Shown here one piece after another: positions 34,089-47,408 of a DNA stretch of 64,000 bases (positions are counted from its first letter, which is position 1; every line of letters starts with the position of its first letter). The position numbers were made by a program, and so were the translations under genes. The DNA is from an uncultured Beijerinckia sp. GTDB lineage: Bacteria; Pseudomonadota; Alphaproteobacteria; Rhizobiales; Beijerinckiaceae. The stretch covers positions 141 through 64,140 of the forward strand of contig CAZYBF010000003.1 of assembly GCA_964645525.1 (NCBI GenBank). The letters are read 5' to 3'. Under the pieces are notes generated by a model. The model was not told where the DNA came from. It searched no databases and worked only from the letters and a program-made list of their open reading frames with translations.

Positions 34089-35186
34089 TCAATTCGCGAA
34101 GCGGAAATGCAGGCAATCGCCGTCCTGCACCACGTATTCCTTGCCTTCGAGGCGAAACTTGCCCGCCTCGCGCGCGCCGGCCTCGCCATTGTGCGCGACA
34201 TAATCGGCGTAGGCGACGGTCTCGGCGCGGATGAAGCCCTTCTCGAAATCCGTATGGATGACGCCGGCGGCCTGCGGCGCCTTCGTGCCTTTCTCGATCG
34301 TCCAGGCGCGCGCCTCTTTCGGCCCCACGGTGAAATAGGTGACGAGCTGCAGCAGATCGTAGCCCGCGCGGATCACGCGGTTGAGGCCCGGCTCCGCAAG
34401 GCCGACGGCCTCGAGATAATCCTTCTGCTCCTCGGGCGGGAGCACCGCGATCTCGCTCTCGATCTTCGCTGACACGACGACGGCGACCGCGCCTTCGGAC
34501 GCCGCGCGGGCGCGCACTTTCTCGGAGAAGGAATTGCCCTTGTCGGCGCTCGCCTCCTCCACGTTGCAGACGTAGAGAACCGGCTTGGAGGAAAGCAATT
34601 GCAGCCCCTGAAAAGCCTTGCGCTCCTCGGGGCCGACGTCGGCGGTGCGCGCGGGCCGGCCTTCGCGCAGAACCGCGAGGCAGCGCGTCATGAGATCCAT
34701 CTGCTCCTTGGCGTCCTTGTCGCCGCTCTTGGCTTTCTTCTCGAGCGGCGCGATGCGCTTCTCAAGGCTCTCGAGATCGGCGAGCATCAATTCGGTCTCG
34801 ATGGTCTCGATGTCGTTGATCGGATCGACCTTGCCTTCCACATGGGTGATGTCGCCGTCTTCGAAACAGCGCACCACATGGGCGATGGCGTCACATTCGC
34901 GAATATTGGCGAGAAACTGGTTGCCGAGTCCCTCGCCTTTCGAAGCGCCGCGCACGAGCCCTGCGATGTCCACGAAGGTCAGGCGCGTGGGGATGATCTC
35001 CTTCGAGGCGGCGATTTTCGCCAGCGACTCAAGGCGCGGATCGGGCACGGCGACGTCGCCCACGTTCGGCTCGATGGTGCAGAACGGATAATTGGCCGCC
35101 TGCGCCGCCGCCGTCTGGGTGAGCGCGTTGAAGAGGGTCGACTTGCCGACGTTCGGCAGGCCGACGATGCCGCATTTGAAGCCCAT
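34089..35186 (-). CDS. ychF: Redox-regulated ATPase YchF
   Basis: [41 protein letters not shown]. Confidence 0.99.
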   Translation of the reverse strand: MGFKCGIVGLPNVGKSTLFNALTQTAAAQAANYPFCTIEPNVGDVAVPDPRLESLAKIAASKEIIPTRLTFVDIAGLVRGASKGEGLGNQFLANIRECDAIAHVVRCFEDGDITHVEGKVDPINDIETIETELMLADLESLEKRIAPLEKKAKSGDKDAKEQMDLMTRCLAVLREGRPARTADVGPEERKAFQGLQLLSSKPVLYVCNVEEASADKGNSFSEKVRARAASEGAVAVVVSAKIESEIAVLPPEEQKDYLEAVGLAEPGLNRVIRAGYDLLQLVTYFTVGPKEARAWTIEKGTKAPQAAGVIHTDFEKGFIRAETVAYADYVAHNGEAGAREAGKFRLEGKEYVVQDGDCLHFRFAN

Positions 35187-35243
35187 GGGATCGGTCTCGT
35201 CCTGTCGCGGCCCGCGGCCGCACTCCGGCCCGCATAGACCCCA

Positions 35244-35297
35244 AGCGGCGCAGCCATGTCAAATAGAGCGGCGCAGCCATGTCAAATAGAGCGGCGC
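35244..35297. repeat. Perfect 23-bp tandem duplication AGCGGCGCAGCCATGTCAAATAG x2 plus partial
   Basis: Copies at 35244-35266 and 35267-35289, then AGCGGCGC; between the uvrB stop and the ychF start. Confidence 0.95.
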
Positions 35298-37907
<2,610 letters not shown>

Positions 37908-38135
37908 GGCCGCAATATGGGGCGAGTCCCCCGCGGGAGGAAGCGCAAGAACGCATGCAAGAACGCTTGGAGTAGAAAAGTCGCGGATAGGGGAAAAAGG
38001 GTCGCGCGGCCGGGGACGAGCTTGCGGCGGCCCTCGCCGGCCCTAAATCCCCGCAGGCGAGCCTGCAGCCGGACCTTGCCCATTCCGCCCGTCCGGGCGA
38101 CCCTGCCGCCGGCCGCCGCCAGACTGGAGGACCCA

Positions 38136-39005
38136 ATGACCGCATCCGCCCGCACCGCCGCCACATCGCACGCGCTTGCGCCCGACGCCCCGGCCGGCGG
38201 ACTGTCGCGCCGCGCGCTCCTCGCCGGCGCGGCTGGCGCAGGCGCGCTCGTGATCGCCGGACGCGCCCGCGCGCAAGCCCCCTCGCTCAATCTCGACGTG
38301 CCCTATGTGCCGACGCCCCAGCAGGTCGTGGACCGCATGCTGGAGCTCGCCAAGGTGAGCGGCAAGGATTTCGTGATGGACCTCGGCTGCGGCGACGGCC
38401 GCATGCTCGTGACCGCCGCCTCCAAATTCGGCGCGCGCGGCTTCGGCGTGGACCTCAACCCCCAGCGCATCACGGAAGCGCGCGAGAACGCGAAGAAGGC
38501 GAACGTCGCCGACAAGGTGAGCTTCGACGTCAAGAACCTGTTCGAAACCTCGATCAAGGACGCGGACGTCCTCACCATGTATCTGCTGCCGAGCGTGAAC
38601 CTGCAATTGCGTCCGCGCATCCTCGAGGAGATGAAGCCGGGCTCGCGCATCGTCTCGCACGCCTTCAACATGGGCGAATGGGAGCCGGACGTGGCGGAGA
38701 ACGTGGACGGCCGCAACGTCTTCTTCTGGCTCGTGCCCGCCAATGTCGGCGGCAAATGGACCATCAACGAGGGCGGCCGCGCGGTGAACGTGGAGCTGAA
38801 ACAGCAGTTCCAGCGTGCGGAAGGAACCGCCTCCGCCGCTGGCAAGAGCGGCAAGGCGCAGGCGCGCATCAATGGCGCGGAGGTTCGCCTCACCGTCGAG
38901 ATCGACGGGCAGAGCAAGCTCTACGCGGGCCGCGTGTCGGCGAACGGCGCGCTGGCGCCGATCGCAGGCGAAGGCGCGCAGGGCTGGACCGCCTCGCGCG
39001 GCTGA
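38136..39005 (+). CDS. SAM-dependent methyltransferase with twin-arginine signal peptide
   Basis: GGAGG RBS, ATG at 38136; LSRRALLAGAAGAGALVIAGRARA|Q; VPYVPTP, DLGCGDGR, GVDLN, TMYLL, KPGSRIVSHAF; extra beta-rich C-terminal domain. Confidence 0.88.
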   Translation: MTASARTAATSHALAPDAPAGGLSRRALLAGAAGAGALVIAGRARAQAPSLNLDVPYVPTPQQVVDRMLELAKVSGKDFVMDLGCGDGRMLVTAASKFGARGFGVDLNPQRITEARENAKKANVADKVSFDVKNLFETSIKDADVLTMYLLPSVNLQLRPRILEEMKPGSRIVSHAFNMGEWEPDVAENVDGRNVFFWLVPANVGGKWTINEGGRAVNVELKQQFQRAEGTASAAGKSGKAQARINGAEVRLTVEIDGQSKLYAGRVSANGALAPIAGEGAQGWTASRG

Positions 39006-39036
39006 GGCTGAAGCGCGCGCAGGTTAAGAGACACAC

Positions 39037-39065
39037 AGGCGCGGCGCCTCTACGCCGCGCCTTTT
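39037..39065 (+). terminator. Hairpin / weak intrinsic terminator between methyltransferase and permease
   Basis: AGGCGCGGCG-CCTCTA-CGCCGCGCCT followed by only a short T-run. Confidence 0.5.
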
Positions 39066-39081
39066 CATGCGGGGGGACCAT

Positions 39082-40407
39082 ATGAATCAAGCGACGCAGG
39101 CCGTTCCGAAAAAAATTCTGTCCGTGGCGGACTCCGTCGCCTTCTTCGTGGGCATCGTCATCGGCGTCGGCATTTTCAAGACGCCCAGCATCGTCGCCGG
39201 CGCCACGGGCGACGCGACGCTGTTCATCGGCGTCTGGCTCGCCGGCGGTCTTGCGACCATCATCGGCGCCCTGTGCTACGCGGAGCTCGCCGCCATGCAT
39301 CCTGACGCCGGCGGGGAATATAATTTCCTGGCCCGCGCCTATGGCAAGCGTGTCGCCGTTCTCTTCGCATGGGCGCGCGGCACGGTGATCCAGACCGGCG
39401 CCATCGCGCTCGTCGCCTTCGTCTTCGGCGATTACGCCGCGCAGCTTCTGCCGCTGGGCGCGCAGGGACCGACGATCTACGCGGCGCTGTGCGTCATCGT
39501 CCTCACGAGCGTGAACATCGTGGGCACGCTGCCGGGCGCGCGCGCCCAGAAAGCGCTGGAGATCGCCACGATCCTGGCCATCGCCGCCGTCATCGCGGCG
39601 GGCTTCTCGGCTGGCGGTGAGGCGGCGAAGCCGGCCGCGCCCAACGCCGGCGGCGCGCTGGGCCTCGCCATGGTGCTCGTGCTCCTGAGCTATGGCGGCT
39701 GGAACGAGATCGCCTATCTGTCGGGCGAAATGCGCGACGTGAAGCGCGACATGGTGCGCGCGATCCTGATCGGCGCCGCCGTCGTCACCGCGATCTACGT
39801 CGGCTTCAACCTCGCGCTGCTGAAGGCGTTCGGCGTCGGCGGAATCGCGGAGAGCAAGGCGGTGGGCGCCGATCTCATGCGGCTTGTCGGCGGCGAGGCG
39901 GGCGTCGCCCTGCTCGCCATCGCCGTCTGCCTGTCGTCGCTCTCGACGCTGAACGGCACGATCTTCACCGGCGCGCGCTCATGGTATGCGCTTGCGCGCG
40001 ACGTGCCGCTGATTGCGCGGTTCGGCGTGTGGGACGGCGCGCGCGACAACCCGGCCAATGCGCTTGCGCTGCAAGGCGCGCTGTCGCTCCTGCTGGTGGC
40101 GCTGGGCGCCTTCACGCGCGACGGTTTCTCCACAATGGTGGATTACACCGCGCCTGTGTTCTGGTTCTTCCTGCTGCTCGTGGGCGTGTCGCTGTTCGTC
40201 TTCCGCCTGCGCGAACCCGCGCGCGAGCGTCCGTTCCGCGTGCCGCTCTATCCGCTGACGCCGGCGATCTTCGTCGCGATCTGCGCCTATCTTTTGTATT
40301 CCAGCCTCGCCTACACCGGCATGGGCGCGCTGTTCGGCGTGGCGGTGGTGGCGCTGGGAGCGCCCTTCGCCTTGCTGGCGCGCGGAGAATCCGCCGCAGA
40401 GCGCTGA
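39082..40407 (+). CDS. APC superfamily (LAT/SteT-like) amino acid permease
   Basis: IGVGIFKTP, GALCYAELAAMHPDAGGEY, SYGGWN, RPFRVPLYP; about 12 hydrophobic segments. Confidence 0.93.
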   Translation: MNQATQAVPKKILSVADSVAFFVGIVIGVGIFKTPSIVAGATGDATLFIGVWLAGGLATIIGALCYAELAAMHPDAGGEYNFLARAYGKRVAVLFAWARGTVIQTGAIALVAFVFGDYAAQLLPLGAQGPTIYAALCVIVLTSVNIVGTLPGARAQKALEIATILAIAAVIAAGFSAGGEAAKPAAPNAGGALGLAMVLVLLSYGGWNEIAYLSGEMRDVKRDMVRAILIGAAVVTAIYVGFNLALLKAFGVGGIAESKAVGADLMRLVGGEAGVALLAIAVCLSSLSTLNGTIFTGARSWYALARDVPLIARFGVWDGARDNPANALALQGALSLLLVALGAFTRDGFSTMVDYTAPVFWFFLLLVGVSLFVFRLREPARERPFRVPLYPLTPAIFVAICAYLLYSSLAYTGMGALFGVAVVALGAPFALLARGESAAER

Positions 40408-40461
40408 AGGATTGCCTTCGCGCGAATGGGATGAGAGACACGGCGGCAAGGAGTTCCCGCC

Positions 40462-40818
40462 GTGCCTCACATCGCGCAATCGCCCCTCACGCCCATCCTG
40501 CTGCTGGTCGCCTCGAACGTCTTCATGACGTTCGCCTGGTACGGACATCTCAAGCACAAGGGCTCGCCGCTTCTGCTCGCCATTCTGGCGAGCTGGGGCA
40601 TCGCCTTCGTGGAATATTGCCTCGCCGTGCCGGCCAACCGCTGGGGCAGCGCGCATTACAGCGTGGCGCAACTCAAGACGATTCAGGAGGTCGTCACGCT
40701 GCTCGTCTTCGCAGGTTTCTCGACGTTCTGGCTGGGCGAGCGCCTCGGCTGGAATCACGCCATCGGCTTCGCGCTGATCGCGGCGGGCGCCTGGTTCGTC
40801 TTTCAGGGCGAGGGGTGA
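40462..40818 (+). CDS. Small DMT-superfamily membrane protein (DUF486-like)
   Basis: SNVFMTFAWYGHLK, SWGIAFVEY..AVPANR, QLKTIQEVVTL. Confidence 0.9.
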   Translation: MPHIAQSPLTPILLLVASNVFMTFAWYGHLKHKGSPLLLAILASWGIAFVEYCLAVPANRWGSAHYSVAQLKTIQEVVTLLVFAGFSTFWLGERLGWNHAIGFALIAAGAWFVFQGEG

Positions 40819-40831
40819 GGGCGCGGACCCT

Positions 40832-42127
<1,296 letters not shown>

Positions 42128-42227
42128 TTAGGCGCGCCGCCGGCGCATGTCCCTTTTCCGAACGGGTTCGTTAAAGAAAGCGGCGAAAGTGTTGCAGCCA
42201 AGCTGACAGGAAAGGCTAAGGCAAAGA

Positions 42228-42860
42228 TTAAATATCTGCGGGCAAGTTCTTAATCGGCGCAAAACTGCGTCGATGCACCGGGCAGGCGCCATGTTCGCGA
42301 ATCGCCGCCAGATGGGCCGGCGCGCCATATCCCATATGGCTGGCGAAGCCATATTGCGGCCAGGTCCGGTCGAGCCGGCGCATCAGCCGGTCGCGCGTCA
42401 CTTTCGCCACGATCGAGGCCGCCGCGATCGACAGGCAGGCGGCGTCGCCCTTCACGATCGTCTCATGGGCGCAGGGCAGGCCAGGAGGCGCGTCCGAGCC
42501 GTCGATCAGCGCGTGGACGGGACGCAGCGAGAGGCCGCCCAGCGCCCGCCGCATGGCCGCGAAAGTCGCCTGACGAATATTGACGCGGTCGATTTCCTGC
42601 GCCGGCGCGAAGCCGATCGCCACCGCGAGCGCGCGCGACAGGATGGCCTCGAAGGCCGCCTCCCGCGCCGCGGCGCTCATCGCCTTGGAATCGTCGAGCC
42701 CTCTGGGCAGGCGAGCGGGATCGAGAATGACGGCCGCGGCGGCGACCGGGCCGGCGAGCGGCCCGCGGCCCACCTCGTCGACGCCCGCCACCGGCCAGAC
42801 GCCGGCGCGCAGCAGCGCCCGTTCGCGGCGAAAGCTTGGACCAGCGGAGGCAGGCGACAT
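42228..42860 (-). CDS. rnhB: Ribonuclease HII
   Basis: GVDEVGRGPLAGPV, LDDSK, KGD...SIAAASIVAKVTRD, HRRSFAP. Confidence 0.97.
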   Translation of the reverse strand: MSPASAGPSFRRERALLRAGVWPVAGVDEVGRGPLAGPVAAAAVILDPARLPRGLDDSKAMSAAAREAAFEAILSRALAVAIGFAPAQEIDRVNIRQATFAAMRRALGGLSLRPVHALIDGSDAPPGLPCAHETIVKGDAACLSIAAASIVAKVTRDRLMRRLDRTWPQYGFASHMGYGAPAHLAAIREHGACPVHRRSFAPIKNLPADI

Positions 42861-42998
42861 GCGGCGATTCCCTGCGCCCGGCGGGGCGCTCCCCGCTCCT
42901 AGCCTCGCCCGAGCGCGCGCGCACGCGGATTCTTCCGCGCGGTTTGTAATCAAAAAGGTTACGTTGTAAGACAGGCCGCGCCAGCAGGAGAAGCCGAC

Positions 42999-43526
42999 AT
43001 GTCCAACCTCAACGACGTGGATGATCGCCAGCAAGATCACCAGCAAGATCGCGCGCTGAGATACGACGGGAAGTCAGACGCCTTTCCCTCCCTGCCGCAT
43101 GTGGAGTTCGACGGCGCCGCCCCGCTCGCCCAGGAGGCCGGGCGCCGCTCGCTCTTCAACGCGCTGGTGACCGAGGATTCCGACGTCGTCGGCCTCGTGG
43201 CCTATTCGCTCTACAAGCAGAACAAACACGATTTCCTCGTCGCCTTCAGCCGCGAATGGGGACGCGGGCCCGACGAGCGGGAACTGAGCGCTTACACGCT
43301 GGGCGAGGCGACCGCCCGCCGGCTCGCCACCTATCGTCATCTCGCGCAGGAGACGCTGGCTGGACGCGGGCCGGATTCGCCGCAGATCCAGATGAGCAAG
43401 GGAAAGCCCGCACGCGCCTCAGGCGGCGCCGCCGGCGGCGTCTCGACCCTGGTGAACGCCCTCACTCTGGTCGCCGTGGCGGCGGTGTTCGTCTGGCTCG
43501 TCAGCCGGTTCGGATTCTCGGGCTGA
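42999..43526 (+). CDS. Hypothetical protein with C-terminal membrane anchor
   Basis: AGGAG RBS; DVVGLVAYSLYKQNK core; hydrophobic C-terminus. Confidence 0.75.
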   Translation: MSNLNDVDDRQQDHQQDRALRYDGKSDAFPSLPHVEFDGAAPLAQEAGRRSLFNALVTEDSDVVGLVAYSLYKQNKHDFLVAFSREWGRGPDERELSAYTLGEATARRLATYRHLAQETLAGRGPDSPQIQMSKGKPARASGGAAGGVSTLVNALTLVAVAAVFVWLVSRFGFSG

Positions 43527-43542
43527 TCCGCGCGCGGCCCCC

Positions 43543-43980
43543 TCACGGCGGCAGTTCGATCTCCCCGTCCGCCGCCAGCGGAAAAGCGGGATTCCAGGCC
43601 AGCTCCCACACATGGCCGTCGGGATCGGCCACCATGCCGTGATAGCCGCCCCAGGCGGTCGCCTGCCCCGCCTTCACGAGCGAACCGCCGGCGACAACCG
43701 CCGTGCGGATCGCCTCGTCCACGGCCTGCGGCGCAGGATGGTTCTGCGCGAGCATGATTGCGGGCGCGCCCGACCCGCCGGCCGCATGCGGATCGATCCC
43801 CGCGTCCTCCAGCATGTCCGCGCGGCCGAACAGGGCGAGCGCGACATTGTTGAGCGTGAAGAAAGCGACCTCCGGCGTGCTCGCGCCCTGCGAACATCGC
43901 CAACCCAGCCGCTCGTAAAAACCCCGCGCGCGCGCGACGTCCGCCACGCCCAGCGTGATCAGAGATACGCCTGGATACAT
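43543..43980 (-). CDS. VOC/glyoxalase family protein
   Basis: SLITLGVADVARARGFYERLGW, WGGYHG..ADPDGHVWELAWNP. Start 43980 or 43986. Confidence 0.92.
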   Translation of the reverse strand: MYPGVSLITLGVADVARARGFYERLGWRCSQGASTPEVAFFTLNNVALALFGRADMLEDAGIDPHAAGGSGAPAIMLAQNHPAPQAVDEAIRTAVVAGGSLVKAGQATAWGGYHGMVADPDGHVWELAWNPAFPLAADGEIELPP

Positions 43981-44008
43981 CGCCATCGCACGCTCCTCGC
44001 CGCCCAGC

Positions 44009-45196
44009 TCAAAACAACGACAATTGGGCGATGGGCCCGCTCGGGCGCACGAACAGATCCGTGCGCAATTTCGTCCGTTTCTGATTGAGGCCGAGACGCG
44101 CGGCCGCAAGCTCGAAGCGCCGTCCGGTCATCCAGGCGTAAGGCCCGGAGCCTGTCTGGCGCTTGCCCCATGTGGAATCATAGGCCTTTCCGCCGCGCAC
44201 GCCGCGCACGAGGGACATCACATGCCGGTAGCGGTCTGGAAAATGGGCGAGCAGCCATTCGCTGAAAATCCCCTCCACCTCGAGCGGCAAGCGCAGCATG
44301 ACATAGCCCGCCTCCCGCGCGCCCGCCTCATGGGCGCGCGCCAGGATCGCCTCGATCTCCTGTTCGTTGATGGCGGGAATGACGGGCGCGACCATGACGC
44401 CCGTGGGCACGCCCGCCTCCGAAAGCGCCCGGAGCGTCTCCAGCCGCTTCTCCGGCTGCGCGGCGCGCGGCTCCATGAGCCGCGACAGATTGCCGTCGAG
44501 CGAAGTGACGGAAAGCGCGACCTTCGCGAGCCCTTTCGCGGCCATGGGCGCGAGAATGTCGAGGTCGCGCAACACAAGCGCGGATTTGGTGACGATGGCG
44601 ACCGGGTGGTTCGCGCGAGAGAGCGTCTCCAGCGTCTGCCGCATGACGCGATGCTGTTTCTCGATCGGCTGATAGGGATCGGTGTTCGTGCCGATGGCGA
44701 TCGTGCGCGGCTGATAGCGCGGCGCCGACAATTCGCGCTCCAGAACCGCCGCCGCGCCGTCCTTCACGAACAGGCGCGTCTCGAAATCCAGCCCCGGCGA
44801 CAGGCCCATATAGGCGTGGGCAGGACGCGCGAAACAATAGACGCAACCGTGCTCGCACCCCCGGTAGGGGTTGATCGAACGATCGAAGGAGATGTCAGGC
44901 GAATCGTTGCGCGTGATGATCGTGCGCGGCGTCTCGCGCGTCACATGGGTCTTGAGCGCCGGCAGATCCGCAAGCCCGTCCCAGCCGTCGTCGAAAGGCT
45001 CGCGCGCCTCGCGTTCATATCGCCCGGATGCGTTGGCGCGCGCGCCCCGCCCGCGCTGTGGTGAGACAAGCGCTACGGACTCCGCAGACCCGCCGTGGGG
45101 CTTTGCGCCGGCCTTTGCGCCGGCCCTTTCGCCCGACGTGACGCCGCCGCGCGCGCGGCTCTCGCCCTCAATCGCATGTCGAAGCGCGTCGCTCAT
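44009..45196 (-). CDS. PA0069-family radical SAM protein (SplB-like)
   Basis: SINPYRGCEHGCVYCFARP, TNTDPYQP, LMEPRA, LRLPLE, QLSLF C-terminus. Confidence 0.93.
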   Translation of the reverse strand: MSDALRHAIEGESRARGGVTSGERAGAKAGAKPHGGSAESVALVSPQRGRGARANASGRYEREAREPFDDGWDGLADLPALKTHVTRETPRTIITRNDSPDISFDRSINPYRGCEHGCVYCFARPAHAYMGLSPGLDFETRLFVKDGAAAVLERELSAPRYQPRTIAIGTNTDPYQPIEKQHRVMRQTLETLSRANHPVAIVTKSALVLRDLDILAPMAAKGLAKVALSVTSLDGNLSRLMEPRAAQPEKRLETLRALSEAGVPTGVMVAPVIPAINEQEIEAILARAHEAGAREAGYVMLRLPLEVEGIFSEWLLAHFPDRYRHVMSLVRGVRGGKAYDSTWGKRQTGSGPYAWMTGRRFELAAARLGLNQKRTKLRTDLFVRPSGPIAQLSLF

Positions 45197-45258
45197 GGAA
45201 CGTCTCCGCGGCGGACGCCCGGCGCCGCTTTCGCCTTCAACGCCCTTTCCGATAGAGT

Positions 45259-45273
45259 GAACAAATAGTGAAC
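45259..45273. promoter_or_regulatory. Alphaproteobacterial LexA (SOS) box
   Basis: GAAC-AAATAGT-GAAC, an exact GAAC-N7-GAAC with AT-rich spacer, about 60 bp upstream of the radical SAM gene. Confidence 0.85.
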
Positions 45274-45338
45274 ATTCGCCTCCTCGTCAAGCGCGAAAGC
45301 GCACGCGCCCGGCCGGCGGGCGTGCTAGAAGGCGAGCG

Positions 45339-45842
45339 ATGCTGTCCGCTCTTGTCCTTCTTCACGGCGCAGAGGCCTCGCCGCCCGAGGCCATCGTGCG
45401 CACGCTCACCGCGCTGGTGCCCGCAGCGGTCGAGGGCCTCGTGCGCGATCTCGCGCTATGCGCCCCGCGTGAGACGAAGGACCTGCTGCGCATCTGCGAC
45501 CATGCGGGCTGCGATTTCATCGCCGCCCCCGCGGGCTCGCCGTCGCGCGAGACGCTCGCGCGGCTGAAGGAAAGCCGCGTCTTCATGATCCGCGCGGGCC
45601 GCGCGCCGCAACACGGCTACCTCGGCGAAGTCTCCGACCTTGTGGCCTTCGGCGCAGGCGCGGCGGTGCTGCGCGACGCGCCGCACAATCTGCTGACGCG
45701 CATCGCGCCCTCGCTCTCGCCGGTGTCCGCGCTCATCGCCGCGCGCGCGGATCTCGCCGACGCGCCGCTCGCCGACGTCGCGCGTCTCGCCGACCGGCTG
45801 AAGGCGCCGCGCACGCTCAAGGCGCGCATGATCGGCGCGTGA
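45339..45842 (+). CDS. Hypothetical protein, degenerate glycosyltransferase-like
   Basis: RTLTALVPAAVEGLVRD...DHAGC resembles the Rhizobiales GT2-like gene divergent from PA0069-family genes. Confidence 0.65.
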   Translation: MLSALVLLHGAEASPPEAIVRTLTALVPAAVEGLVRDLALCAPRETKDLLRICDHAGCDFIAAPAGSPSRETLARLKESRVFMIRAGRAPQHGYLGEVSDLVAFGAGAAVLRDAPHNLLTRIAPSLSPVSALIAARADLADAPLADVARLADRLKAPRTLKARMIGA

Positions 45843-45855
45843 GCGCGCAAGGGCC

Positions 45856-46404
45856 TCAGCCCGCGCCGCGCTTCAGATGCTCGTCGAGGCGCGGCATGAT
45901 CTCGACGAAATTGCACGGCCGGTAACGATAATCGAGCTGCTGGGCGAGAATACCGTCCCATGCGTCCTTGCAGGCGCCGGGCGAGCCGGGCAGCACGAAG
46001 ACATAGGTCGCGCCCGCCACGCCTGCGGTCGCGCGCGACTGGATGGTGGACGTGCCGATCTTGGGGAAGGAGATCGCATGGAACACGGCGGAAAAGCCTT
46101 CCATGCGCTTCTCGAACATCGGTTCAAGCGCTTCGGGCGTCACGTCGCGGCCGGTGAAGCCGGTGCCGCCCGTGGTGATGACCGCGTCCACGCCCTTGTC
46201 GTCGATCCAGCGCTTCACCTGCGCGCGGATCGCCTCCACGTCGTCGATCACGATCGCGCGATCGGCGAGCCTGTGTCCGGCGGCGGTCAGCCGCTCCACC
46301 AGCGCGTCGCCTGAACGATCCTGCGCAAGGCTGCGCGTGTCGGACACGGTGAGCACCGCGATGTTGAGCGCGATGAACGGCCTGCTTTCGTCAACGCCCG
46401 GCAT
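45856..46404 (-). CDS. moaB: Molybdenum cofactor biosynthesis protein B
   Basis: IAVLTVSDTR, TTGGTGFTGRDVTPEA, QSRA, LPGSPGAC, PCNFVE. Confidence 0.96.
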   Translation of the reverse strand: MPGVDESRPFIALNIAVLTVSDTRSLAQDRSGDALVERLTAAGHRLADRAIVIDDVEAIRAQVKRWIDDKGVDAVITTGGTGFTGRDVTPEALEPMFEKRMEGFSAVFHAISFPKIGTSTIQSRATAGVAGATYVFVLPGSPGACKDAWDGILAQQLDYRYRPCNFVEIMPRLDEHLKRGAG

Positions 46405-46413
46405 GGGCCTCTC

Positions 46414-47319
46414 CTAACGTGCGAACGTGTTGCAGGCGTCCACGCGCCCGCCTTGCAGGCCGCGGTTGAGCCATTCCACGCGCTGTGCGGCCGAGCCATG
46501 CGTGAAACTGTCGGGTGCGACGCGCCCGCCATTGGCCTGTTGCAGCCGGTCGTCGCCGATCGCCTGCGCCGTGCGCACGGCCTTCTCAACGTCGCCGGGC
46601 TCAAGGATCTTCCATTGCCGGTTGGCGTGGGCGGCCCAGACGCCGGCGAGGCAATCGGCCATCAGCTCCACGCGCACCGACAGACGGTTCGCCTCCGCGC
46701 GGCTTTGCGCGCGCTGCTGAGCCTGCTGCACGCGCGGCAGGATGCCCATCAGATTCTCGATGTGATGGCCGAACTCATGGGCGATCACATAGGCGTAAGC
46801 GAAATCGCCGCCGCCGCCGAAGCGCTTCTGCATGTCGCGGAAGAACGACGTGTCGAGATAGACCTTCTGGTCGGCGGGACAATAAAACGGCCCCATGGCC
46901 GATTGCGCCGTGCCGCAGGCCGACCGCGTCACCCCGTCGAACATGACGAGCGTGGGCGGCTTCCAGCGCACGCCCGCCTGCTGCGGCAGAACGTCTTTCC
47001 ACACGTCCTCGTTCATCGCCACAACGGCGGAGACGAAACGGCCGATATTGTCGCTGGGCGGCGACGACTGGCGGGAGCTTTTCTGCTCGACATATTGCGA
47101 TTGCGGCGCGCGCCCGCCCGCGATCATCTCCGCCCCGCCGATCAGGAGGCGCGGATCGACGCCGATCGCCCAGGACAAGAGGCCGAGCACGATGATCGTG
47201 CCGATGCCAAGCCCCCCGCCGCCGATCGGCAGACCCATTCCGCCGCCGCCGAACCCGCCGTCACCGTCGCCGCGCCGGTCGTCGATATTCTCCGACTGGC
47301 GGAAGTCTTCCCATCTCAT
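46414..47319 (-). CDS. Neutral zinc metallopeptidase, YpfJ-like
   Basis: GPFYCPAD, AHEFGHH, ELMADCLAG, DSFTHGS. Confidence 0.93.
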   Translation of the reverse strand: MRWEDFRQSENIDDRRGDGDGGFGGGGMGLPIGGGGLGIGTIIVLGLLSWAIGVDPRLLIGGAEMIAGGRAPQSQYVEQKSSRQSSPPSDNIGRFVSAVVAMNEDVWKDVLPQQAGVRWKPPTLVMFDGVTRSACGTAQSAMGPFYCPADQKVYLDTSFFRDMQKRFGGGGDFAYAYVIAHEFGHHIENLMGILPRVQQAQQRAQSRAEANRLSVRVELMADCLAGVWAAHANRQWKILEPGDVEKAVRTAQAIGDDRLQQANGGRVAPDSFTHGSAAQRVEWLNRGLQGGRVDACNTFAR

Positions 47320-47408
47320 TCCTGAACTCCCGGAGAGCCCGCGAAGGCGGGCGCCCCAAAACCCTCAAGCCTATTTAACAACCGCGCCCGCGCTTGGACA
47401 GGGGCGCT

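Noticed and set aside
37949-37964. GAAC-N8-GAAC upstream of uvrB as a possible SOS box
   Set aside because: Spacer is 8 nt, not the required 7; it is explained by a 12-bp tandem duplication (GCAAGAACGC).
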